Shown here piece after piece: positions 43,143 through 52,396 of a stretch of DNA of 64,000 bases (positions are counted from its first letter, which is position 1; each line of letters opens with the position of its first letter). Under the pieces are notes generated by a model. The model worked only from the letters and a program-made list of their open reading frames with translations, searched no databases and was not told where the DNA came from. The stretch comes from Alphaproteobacteria bacterium (lineage in GTDB: Bacteria; Pseudomonadota; Alphaproteobacteria; MPNO01; UBA830): the NCBI GenBank assembly GCA_964291215.2, contig OZ219790.1:1728001-1792000 (forward strand). Direction: 5' to 3'. A program made the position numbers and the translations under genes.

Positions 43143-44776
43143 TATGACTAGGTTTTGTCCCCGTGATGATGCAATCATCCACAGCGGCCGGGGACGGGAA
43201 AATGTGGATAACCTCGACTGTGGGAGAGCGCCCGGTCCATAGTTGCAGAGAGATTCCGCTCCCCTGTGCGAGCACGCATAGGGGAGCGGGGGTGCGGGGA
43301 TCAAACGATCTCCGCGGAGGTTGCCGTTTCGGCCTTGGCCTTGCAGAGCCGCGAACGAGCTTGGTCGGCCAACCTCCCTTGGCGTCCCTTGCGTCCTGAA
43401 TGGATGCCCGAGTTTGAACCGTATCATCACAAGGCGAGGAGCAAGGGACGATGGTCAAGGTAGTAGCAGGGGTCAGCAAGGCCAGTCTAGACATCCGTGC
43501 GGCGGCGCGTCGTTTTGCGAACGACGCCACGAGCTGGCGGGCACGTGGCTTCGCAGCCTCGAGGTGACCCGTGTGGTGGGCGACAGGCCGCTATCACCGC
43601 AGGGTTTACCAGTGTCTTCATGACCGGGGCTTCGAGGTTGTCCTGCCCGCTGCGGGCTTCGCCGAAGCGTTGGGCCATCTGGCCAACCGCGTCGACGCTG
43701 GCCAAGATCGGCACGGTGCGATCTCGAGCCTGTAGCTCCTCAGGGTGCCTTCCTCAAGAGCCTGGAGGATCTCCTGGTGCCGCGCTTGTCGACGCCAGGC
43801 AGGTGGCAGATGAGGTGGATGGCGAGACCGTCACAAGGGCCTCGGCGGCCGATCTCGATGATTGACGGGCTGGATGCGGCGATCAAAGCGGTGATCGTCC
43901 GTGATCCCGAGCAGAGGTACGGCATCCTGACCTCGATCCCCGGTCCGGTGACCGCCGCCGCCCTTCTGGATGCCCGAACTCGGCAGCGTCGGCAGCCTTG
44001 ATCGGGGTGGCGCCGATGGCCAACGACCACGGTGCCCGGCACATCCGAGGCGGGCGCAAAAGGCCACGCGATCTCCTGTTCATGGCCGCAACCTCGGCGG
44101 CACGCTTCAACGCGGACCTGGTGTTCGAACGCCTCAAGACCGCCAGCAAGGCCCACAAGGTCGCCATTGTCGCCGTGATGCGCAACGTGCTGGCAAACAC
44201 CTTGCTGCAACAGCAGCGTTGCTGGTCGCCCGAAGCACCGGTGAGTGAGCGAAGGAGACCCCCTCATGGCCCTCACCCCTGCCTAGAAACAGCGCCGTTA
44301 TCGGGAACGCCGCAAATCTCCGCCGTCCACCACGGAAAGCCCCGTCGTTCCCGTGCGCAACGCTGGCGCGATGCGGTCGCCGAGCTCGGTGCATTGCAGG
44401 AGCACTATCGGGATTGTCTCGACAGCCTCCCCGACTCCCTGCGCGACACGGCTTACGGAGAACGTCTGCAGATCATCGTCGAGGCAGACATCGAGATCCT
44501 CGAGGAGATCGAACCGCCACGCGGCTACGGACGGGACACATGACACTCGGGGCCGCATTGACAACGGTAACGTTATCATGCCCGGGGACGCTGGGCGGCA
44601 AGGTGGCCGCGCTCACGTGACCAATGGACGGCAACCCGCCGCCGGAACCACAAGCTGCATGTCGTCTCGCTCGCAGGACATCGACAAGGCGGAACCCCAG
44701 ACCGCCTGTGGACAACCACGGAAAACATCACCGCGGACACCCGCAAAAACCTTGCCAGAAACCATGGATGCTCATA
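43143..44776 (+). mobile_element. IS110-family unit copy 3: about 310-bp non-coding left end, eroded recombinase (43451 to about 44244), small passenger ORF (44266-44543)
   Basis: MVKVVAG..VSKASLD RuvC-like start, LTSIPG, GVAP..D.G.R.IRGGR, KVAIVAVMR; boundaries set by comparison with 14428-15853; no long IR or TSD. Confidence 0.85.
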
Positions 44777-45129
44777 AGGAGAGGCGCCGAGGCGGATGAT
44801 GATCGGGCCAGCGAGAGTTTCCGATAGGTTATTTCACTATGCCAAGGCACGCCAGACTACGCCGGGCCACGCTATGACACGATTTTCCGCGCCAATCGCC
44901 GCCGAATCTTCGCCTTAAAATTCCGTTGCTTATGCTTTTCTCAGGGCGAATTCTGCAAGTTATGACCTTGCGAGCCCCAGAAAACCCAGCAAAGATGACA
45001 AGAGGAGAGCACGAAGCGCTGCTCGAATTCTTGCTGCTGGACGAGCCGGAGCTGACGTTTACGCCGCACGGCAATCCCGACCCTCGCCTTCTGCGTCTGG
45101 TCGGCATTCTGGCGAGGCAGACGGCGCAG

Positions 45130-45546
45130 GACCGACTGGCCGGCGTCGGCCAGCTCCTTGAACGCGACCACCTGGTCGGCGGGGTGCATCGGCACGCGGA
45201 TGACGTTCTCGGCGAGCGAGAGTTCGGAGGGATCGGCGTCGCCAGACCTGACCTGGCAGGGAACCGGATGGTCGGCATCGATCACCTTGTCCTCGACCAG
45301 CTCCTGCATGGCCTTCAGGCGGCGGCCGCCGGCGACCACGGCATAGCGCTCGATGCAGTCCTCGGCCGGGTCATCGGCGCGGACGACGAGGTTCTCCAGC
45401 AGGCCGAGGGCGGCGATGGAGGCCTTGAGCGAAGCGTCGGCCTGCGCATCGGGCGGGGTCTTTCGGACGTTCTCGGGGGCGAGCGCGAGCCGGGCGAGCG
45501 GGATGTCCCGGATGAGCGGTTCGGCCCTGGGGGCGATGTAGTTCAT
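45130..45546 (-). pseudogene. ParB/Srx N-terminal domain protein of ICE/plasmid type, truncated
   Basis: NVRKT, LKASIAALGLLENL, VVAGGRRL, SLAENVIR-PMHPADQ, then an abrupt switch to unrelated sequence. Confidence 0.8.
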
Positions 45547-45838
45547 TCCAGTCTCCATGGAGGGTTGCACCGGCGCGGCGCAGCCGGCTCTCGCCGCCTG
45601 CCGCCACGCCCGCCCCCGACCGGCTGCTCTCCGGCTCCGGGAGGCGCAGCCCGACCGTCACCGCCGCCGGAAACGGCGGACGGTGCGGTACGGCGGTATC
45701 GGAAACGGTGGAAGAAGGCGCGCGGGCGGCGGCGGATGAGCGGTGGCCGGCGCTGGGGAAAGTGTCCCGGGTCGTGGACCGGAGAGTCGGCCGGCTATTG
45801 GACGGCCGTGATCGCGAGGGTCCGGAGTGCGCGGCCGT

Positions 45839-46120
45839 TCAGAGGCCGAGTTCGCTGTGCGAGCCGAGACGCACGAGTTCGAGATGTTCGGCGTCGGGCT
45901 TGCGGTAGATGAGGACCAAGTCGGGCCGGACGTGACAGTCGCGGTGGTCCTTCCATTGCCCGCCCAGCGCGTGGTCGCGATGGCGCGGCGGGAGCGGCCG
46001 GTCCTCCGCCAGTTCGGCCACCACATGGGCAAGTTCGGAATCGACGGTGCTGGCGAAGCGGCCCTTCTTCTCGCGCTTGTAATCCCGCTTGAAGGCCGTG
46101 GTCCGTCTAATCGTCCGCAT
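45839..46120 (-). CDS. yafQ: YafQ-family mRNA interferase toxin
   Basis: FKRDYKR, RDHALGG.W..HRDCHVRPDLVLIY, RLGSHSEL. Confidence 0.92.
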   Translation of the reverse strand: MRTIRRTTAFKRDYKREKKGRFASTVDSELAHVVAELAEDRPLPPRHRDHALGGQWKDHRDCHVRPDLVLIYRKPDAEHLELVRLGSHSELGL

Positions 46121-46364
46121 GGAGGTCGGCCATCAGGCCGTCGACATCGCCGACCGTGACCAGGTCGCCCCGCCGCGCGGCCTCCATGGCCGCGACGGTC
46201 TCCGCATTCGGCACCAGGGGCTCGAACGGCAGGCGTTTCTCGGTCGCGATCCGCACCATCATCAGGCGGAAGGCGTCCGACACGGTGAGGCCGATCGCGT
46301 CGAGCACGGCGGCGGCTTCCTGCTTGGTCTTTTCGTCGATGCGAGCCCGAACGACGGTGCGCAT
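46107..46364 (-). CDS. dinJ: DinJ/RelB antitoxin
   Basis: VVRARIDE..K.EA..VL...GLTVSDAFRL...LPF..PNAET; overlaps the toxin start. Confidence 0.9.
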   Translation of the reverse strand: MRTVVRARIDEKTKQEAAAVLDAIGLTVSDAFRLMMVRIATEKRLPFEPLVPNAETVAAMEAARRGDLVTVGDVDGLMADLHADD

Positions 46365-46758
46365 TTGTCGATCCTCCTGATTGGGCCACAATGTAGCCTG
46401 TGGTTGGCGGGATGTCCACGTCGCGACATGCTCTGGATGGATGTGGCATTGGTCGCCGCGTACCAGGAACCGCCCGGGCGCCCGGCTCCGGAAGCGCCGT
46501 ATCATGGCCGACCGTCTTGCGCACGATGGCGGATGTCGAAGCCGGTTTCGTGCTGGGCCTCGACCTGTTTCGCGGCGGCGTCGAGGAGATCGGCGGCCTT
46601 GCGAAGACCGCCCGCCGCATCGCGCAGGCAACGGGCGCTGACCGGGGCGTCGGGGTAGAGGTCGGCGTCGGCGGTCCATGCGATCCAGAAGGCGAGCTTC
46701 GCCAAGGTTTCGAGCGCCCGCCTGAGCGCCTCGGCCGGGGCGCCGTGGACGGCCCGGG

Positions 46759-47021
46759 TCACGGCGCCGCGCTCCCGGAAAGGGCCATGTCGATGCGCTC
46801 GCCCCAGGGCTCGCGGTTCCACTCCTCCGGCGGCTCCGACCAATTGCACCAAACTGTCGGGAAACCAGGTTCGGTTTCGGGGTAGTCCGAGCACTCCATG
46901 TCGGTGAAATAGAGGCAGACCGCGGGCCGGATTCCCTGCTCGTCGAGCCACTCGAAGCCCGGCCGGAAGTCCGTGCCGCCGCGCCCCTTCACGACGATTT
47001 CGTCGGGGAGGTCGTCGGGCG
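46759..47021 (-). pseudogene. C-terminal fragment of a VWA-like (DUF2201-type) protein
   Basis: GRGGTDFRPGFEW...CLYFTDMEC; the 5' part is replaced by an IS256 end. Confidence 0.7.
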
Positions 47022-49105
47022 GGTACTGTAACTTGATGTCTGGAAATTTGTCTGAGGTTTGCGCTTTGAGGCGTTTCACTGGGGGGCTAGCCCTGCCGTG
47101 TCATGACAAATCTGGTTGACAATGGTTTACGTGTTCACGCGTGTCTTTGTCCATCCCGGAACCCGATTTCCCGGCCGATTTGGTGACCCAGTGCGGCGCT
47201 GGTGTGTCTGGCCACATGATCTGGTGACCCGGGCGTGCTGCGGTAGCCGCCGAGATGGGCGACCAGGTGCACCGCATCGGCGAGACGCTCCGGTTCCTTC
47301 AGGGCGTACTTGTGTGCGTAGTCGCGCGAGTTCGCTGTCGGTGAACATCAGCTGCGGCTCGCACCTGGCGGCCGAGCAGGGTCATGACCATGATGCGCCA
47401 TGCGATGACGGCGTTGATCGCCCGCTGCAGGCGGTGCGGAACAGCAGGTGTTCCACCCTGCATCCGGATTTGAGCACGTAATCCTCGATTCGCCAGCGCT
47501 GAAGGTAGAAGCCGACGATGTCGGCCGCCTCCTTCGCCAACCCGCACGGTGGTCAGCAGGCACCACGGGATCCTCACCCTCGGGCGCTCCCTGACCCCGT
47601 GCAGGGACACCGGCTTCGCGCTGGGGGCGGTGCCCGTCACGGGTGACGGACCGTAACTCGCCAGGCGCTTCTGTCGCGCGGGCCTTCTTCCGGCTGGCTT
47701 GCTCCGTCAGTCCCTCGATCTCAATCAGGCCGCCGGCCATGACGGCGAACAGCCTTCCCTCCTTCAGCACCCTGTCATGCTTGGCGCGCAGATCGACGCG
47801 GGGCAAGCGCGTGTCGAACAGCTCGAAGATGTCGGCTTCCCGACGGAGATGACGCGCGTCTTGCCGCCGGGGTGGCAGCGCCTTGAACCCCTCGAGCTGC
47901 GGCGTGTCTCCTGCGACCGGGGCTTCACCGGACCCAGCACCCCGAGTGGCAGGTCAGTCACCGCCAGGGTCGCGTGCAGGCTTGAGGCCCCGGTCTGGTT
48001 CTCACCTGCAGGCCGGGAGAAGTTCAGGTCCGTGCCGCAAGAACCGTCTTCTGGCCACGGATGCTGCCGGTGCGGCGCAAGAATGTTCGCCGGCGTGATC
48101 TCCGAGGGCGACCATCCGGTAAAACGCATTGATCGCGGTGTTGTCGGCGCTGGGAGACGCATTGATCTTCTGACCGGCCGCCAGAAGGCCGGCGCTCCAG
48201 GCGCGCAGAAAGTCGCTTGTCACCCCCCTCCAAACTCGTTCTGCGCCCAGTCGTTCAGACCTTCGCCCGGCGAGGGCGCATGATCGACCTCCCCAGCTTC
48301 CTGCGCGCTCCAGTTCGGCCACGAAGACCGTCTTCACCGTCTCCCAGTCCTGCCGGCCTTCGGTCCTGCACAGGAAGTTGGCCGCGCGCAAGCAGGGTAA
48401 CCTTCATCGGCAAAACTGAGCCATGGTCGAAACGGTCCTCGAAGTCACGCGGCGCAGGATGCGCACATGGCTGGGCGGGCAGAGCACCTGATCAAGAAAC
48501 GGCTCAGACAGACGATCCGCTGCAGGTGGTTCCGGCGCTGCCCGTCGTTCCATCCAGCGGTCCCGCGCCGCGCGGCGGCGGCAAACCCCGCCACCCGTGC
48601 GCCGAGCCCACGAGATATTGGCAGCCGGCGAAGGTCGTCGCGGGTGTTCACGCGCAATCAGCGTGACCGCCCGGTCAATACGATCCCCGACCACGATGAT
48701 CCCGAATGCGCGCGCCGGAACCTCTGCAGCGATACCAACAGGCGAGGCCGGCGGTCGATTGTCGGTGACTTCGGCGCCGGCAGGACGATCTCCGGGCGCC
48801 CTCAGCGCCTTCATGCAGCCGGCAAGCTGCAGACGGCCGCGCGCGTCGACAAAGGCAAACTCCTCGCAGACGACCCAGAGCCGACCGGCTGTCGAACTGC
48901 TCACAGGACAGCAGCGACGCGATCCGCGCAACTGCTGCCTCGTCCCGCAATGTGCGGCTGATCTGTGACATGGGACACTTATGCCACGCCGAAACACCGT
49001 TGTCAGCTAAAATTTCCGTGACATGCGAGGGCTAGCCCCCCCCCCCAGTGAAACGCCTCAAAGCGCAAACCTCAGACAAATTTCCAGACATCAAGTTACA
49101 GTACC
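47022..49105. repeat. About 70-bp inverted repeat made of two copies of the same IS256 end (47022-47092 and 49030-49105)
   Basis: ggtactgtaac...cactggggggctagcc and its reverse complement, identical except for a longer C-run. Confidence 0.9.
47093..49029 (-). mobile_element. IS4-family element with DUF4338-like N-terminal region (eroded)
   Basis: Imperfect IR ctgccgtgtca / tgacatgcgag; duplicated ggctagcc; CEEFAFVDARGRLQLAGCMKAL, DLRAKHDR, LQRAINAVIAWRIMVMTLLGR. Confidence 0.78.
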
Positions 49106-49119
49106 AAAGCGGGGGGCGG

Positions 49120-49604
49120 GGGTATGCCGGGGAGACCAACCGGCTCAACCGCGAGCGTCGGGCGCGAGCGACCGCGCGGAGCTGGCCGGGATCGAGAAGA
49201 AAATCGCGTCGATGCTCGACGCCATTGAGGAGGGTGGCTACGTGCGGGGTATGTCCGACCGGCTCCGCGAGCTGGAGGCCCGCCAGGACGAGATCAACGA
49301 ACGGCTGTCAGCCGCTCCGGTCGACATCCCGGACGTTCACCCCAACATTGCCGGCGTCTACCGCCGCAAGGTGGAGCGACTCGCGGAGGCGCTGGCCGAT
49401 CCCCGCGACCAGGCGGCGGAAGCCATAAGGGGGCTGATCGAGCGGATCGTGCTGACCCCCGGCGCGAAGCATGGCGAGTTGCACGCCGCGCTCCATGGCG
49501 ACCTCGGCACCATCCTCGAATGGGCCGGGAGCGGCAGGGCGAAGGGAACGACCGACATCCTGCGAGGCAGAATGTCGGTCTCGGTGGTAGCGGGGGCTCG
49601 CAAC
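49120..49604 (+). pseudogene. C-terminal fragment of a second large serine recombinase
   Basis: DVHPNIAGVYRRKVERLAEAL...AAEAIRGLIERIVLTP...MSVSVVAGARN, paralogous to the C-terminus of 49308-51227. Confidence 0.8.
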
Positions 49605-51227
49605 GTCTTTTGTTATAACTTGGAATCGGCTTCGGGTTTTGCGCCCGGAAACGATGTCGAGGATGTTCATTACCTCGCCGCGTAAGGTGGCGTTGACCTC
49701 GCCGCGCTTGTCGCCGGGCTCAAGCACCACTTCGTCGACCAGCGCGCGGAACGCCTCGGCGGCCTGATCGCGCAGTTCGGGATCGGCCAGAGCCTCGCTC
49801 AACAGCGTCACCTTGGCCTTGTAGATTTCGGCGATGTTGGGGTGGATGTCCGGAACATCCTCAGGCGCCTGTTCCATGCGCGCCAGAAGTTCGGCCTTCT
49901 GGCGTTCCAGTTCCTCCATCCGATCCTTCATGGCCGGCTGATACATGCCGTCATCGATCGCTGCCATGATGCCGGCGATGCCGCGTTCGACCTTCTCCAG
50001 CGCCTTGCGGTCAAATTCCGCCTGCGCCCGGCGTTCACGGTTCTGCTGATTGAGCGCTTCTGCGTAGGCCCGGACGGCCTCCGCCACCGCATCGGCAGAA
50101 ACGAGCTTCTCGGTGAGGCCCGTCAGAATGCGGGCCTCGATCTTCTCACGATGGATCGTGTGACCATTGTCGCAGGTCCCGCGGCGATAGCGGTTGAGGC
50201 AGCCATAGCGGTCGCGGGTGATGATGCCGTAATTGCCGCAGCAGCAGCCACATTTGAGTAGGCCCGAGAACAGAAAGGCCGGACGGCGCAGCTCGTTGAC
50301 GTGCTTGGCACGATAGGCGCGCACGCCTTTGGTGACATTCTCGAACTGCCTGGCGATTTCCTCCTGCCTCTGCCGCGCCGCCTGCCATAGGTCTTCGTCC
50401 ACGATGCGCAGGTCCGGCACCTCGGTCCTGATCCATTCGGACTCCGGATTGACCCGCGAGACGCGCTTTCCCGTCGCCGGGTTCTTGATGTAGCGCAGCC
50501 GGTTCCAGACCAGCACACCGGCATAGAGCTCGTTGTTGACGATGCCGGTGCCCCGGCAGACATGGCCGCGAATGGTGGTGTCGCCCCAAGCCTTGCCATT
50601 GGGACCGGGAATACCGTCGCGGTTGAGATCGGCGGCGATAGCCTTGGGGCTCTTGCCGGCGGCGAATTCGCGAAAGATGCGGCGGACGATCTCGGCCTCG
50701 GCCTCGTTGATCTTCCGCTCGCCGCGCACCTGCTCGCCATCGCCGTTGAGACGTTTCACGACGTCATAGCCATAGCAGAGCCCGCCGCCCGCCTTTCCCT
50801 TCTCGACGCGGCCGCGCAGGCCACGGTGGGTCTTGGCGGCGAGGTCTTTCAGGAACAGGGCGTTCATCGTGCCCTTGAGACCGACATGCAGCTCGGAGAT
50901 TTCGCCCTCAGCAAGCGTCATGAGCGTCACGCCGGCAAACTTGAAATGCTTGTAGAGAATGGCGACATCGGCTTGGTCGCGGCTGATGCGGTCCAACGCC
51001 TCCGCCAGCACGACCTCGAACTTGCCCGCCTGCGCGTCCTGCAGGAGCGCCTGGATGCCCGGCCGCAGAGTGACGCTGGCGCCCGAAATAGCGGCGTCCT
51101 TGAAAGCGCCCACGACCTTCCACTTCTCCCGCGCCGCCTGGTCCCGGCAGATGCGGAACTGGTCCTCGATGGAGGAGACGCTCTGGTTGTCCGAGGAGTA
51201 GCGGGCGTATAACGCAACGCGGGTCAT
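49308..51227 (-). CDS. Large serine recombinase (integrase); the last about 95 codons read through into the opposite fragment
   Basis: ALYARYSSDNQ, SIEDQ, D.AISGA, LDRISRD, recombinase domain, SGLLKCGCC zinc ribbon, coiled coil. Confidence 0.93.
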   Translation of the reverse strand: MTRVALYARYSSDNQSVSSIEDQFRICRDQAAREKWKVVGAFKDAAISGASVTLRPGIQALLQDAQAGKFEVVLAEALDRISRDQADVAILYKHFKFAGVTLMTLAEGEISELHVGLKGTMNALFLKDLAAKTHRGLRGRVEKGKAGGGLCYGYDVVKRLNGDGEQVRGERKINEAEAEIVRRIFREFAAGKSPKAIAADLNRDGIPGPNGKAWGDTTIRGHVCRGTGIVNNELYAGVLVWNRLRYIKNPATGKRVSRVNPESEWIRTEVPDLRIVDEDLWQAARQRQEEIARQFENVTKGVRAYRAKHVNELRRPAFLFSGLLKCGCCCGNYGIITRDRYGCLNRYRRGTCDNGHTIHREKIEARILTGLTEKLVSADAVAEAVRAYAEALNQQNRERRAQAEFDRKALEKVERGIAGIMAAIDDGMYQPAMKDRMEELERQKAELLARMEQAPEDVPDIHPNIAEIYKAKVTLLSEALADPELRDQAAEAFRALVDEVVLEPGDKRGEVNATLRGEVMNILDIVSGRKTRSRFQVITKDVASPRYHRDRHSASQDVGRSLRPAAPGPFEDGAEVAMERGVQLAMLRAGGQHDPLDQPPYGFRRLVAGIGQRLRESLHLAAVDAGNVGVNVRDVDRSG

Positions 51228-51257
51228 GAGATTTTCCTTCCTTTCAAAGCCGGAAGG

Positions 51258-51488
51258 TCACCCCTCCGGCTTCCGCCCCTCTTCCTCTCGCTCCAGATTG
51301 TCGTTGGCCGCCTGCCTCCGCCGCTTCCTCTCCCAGGCCGCGTAGTGCTCCCGCGCGATCTGGCGCCCGATGGCCCGCGCGATGGTGTCCAAGTGCCGCT
51401 CCGCTTCTTGCACCGCCCGTTGCTCGGGGCCGTTATCGTTCGCCGGAGGCGGGATGACCGCGGCCGGCTAGTCCTCCGTTTCCTTCAT
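51258..51488 (-). pseudogene. Small recombinase-associated ORF with an in-frame TAG at codon 7
   Basis: MKETED*PAAVIPPPANDN...LDTIARAIGRQIAREHY...AANDN immediately upstream of the integrase. Confidence 0.55.
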
Positions 51489-51601
51489 GAGCCGAACCTT
51501 TACAGTATTAGTACACACTGGAAAAGGATCACCCAAGGCGCGGATTACTCTTATGACCCCTATGTACGCTCATCATGCGTTCATGCCGACTTGCATGTCG
51601 C

Positions 51602-52396
51602 TCAAAGGATGCCTACCGACATCTGGGAGTCCGCAGCATCGACTCTCGATCCCGCGGGGATCGGAAACTGGTCCCAGGTTCTTCCGTCAAGCGTCCGGCC
51701 AGTCTTCTTCTTGTTCACGCCGCCCCATTGCTTGAAGTGGAAGGCAACACCGGCTTGGATGCACTGGTCACGAATCGACCGCACCCAGTCCGGGTTTATT
51801 GGGCGTGCGCCCGGCCCGCTCTCACCGCCAGCAATCACCCAGTCGACGCGCTCTAGATCAAGATCATCCATTGATCCAAGTAGGGGCTCGAGACTCAGAA
51901 ATCTAACGGCCGCGCCTGTCCTGCGCAGGTGATCAATGCGAAACTGATAGTCGGCATTCTCGACGCTGACGCCCATCCAAACGTTTTGCGGCCAGGTAAG
52001 AGCATTGGATAACTTCTCCAGCCTCTCAGCTCGCTTCGTCAGAATCTGGTAAGTGTGTTGAGGAGTCTCCTGCATTGTTGCGAACACTCGTTGGATGAAC
52101 TCCAGCGGCACATCTTCATGAAACAAATCCGACATCGAATTGACGAAGATCATTCTCCCCGTTTTCCAAGTGGCCGGGAGATTCAGGCTGTCCTCATCGA
52201 CACGAACCACACCGTTCCACTTGGGCTTACCGCCGGACATGCGGGTCGTACCCGCGTACTTCGGCTGCCCCATTGCCTCCAAACGCCGCGCCAGCCTCAT
52301 GGCGTAGCAGTTGGTGCATCCCGGTGAGATGACCGTACAGCCGACAACCGGATTCCAGGTCGACTCCGTCCATTCGATTGACGAGTTAGTGGCCAA
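51602..52396 (-). CDS. DUF5131 / phage Gp37Gp68 family protein
   Basis: SSIEWTESTWNPVVGCTVISPGCTNCYA (Cx6Cx2C), FVNSMSDLFH, LSLEPLLG, WVIAGGESG, FKQWGG. Confidence 0.93.
   Translation of the reverse strand: MATNSSIEWTESTWNPVVGCTVISPGCTNCYAMRLARRLEAMGQPKYAGTTRMSGGKPKWNGVVRVDEDSLNLPATWKTGRMIFVNSMSDLFHEDVPLEFIQRVFATMQETPQHTYQILTKRAERLEKLSNALTWPQNVWMGVSVENADYQFRIDHLRRTGAAVRFLSLEPLLGSMDDLDLERVDWVIAGGESGPGARPINPDWVRSIRDQCIQAGVAFHFKQWGGVNKKKTGRTLDGRTWDQFPIPAGSRVDAADSQMSVGIL

Noticed and set aside
43998-44543. 181-aa fusion of IS110 C-terminus and passenger
   Set aside because: The fusion arises from indels; the other copies have different frames here
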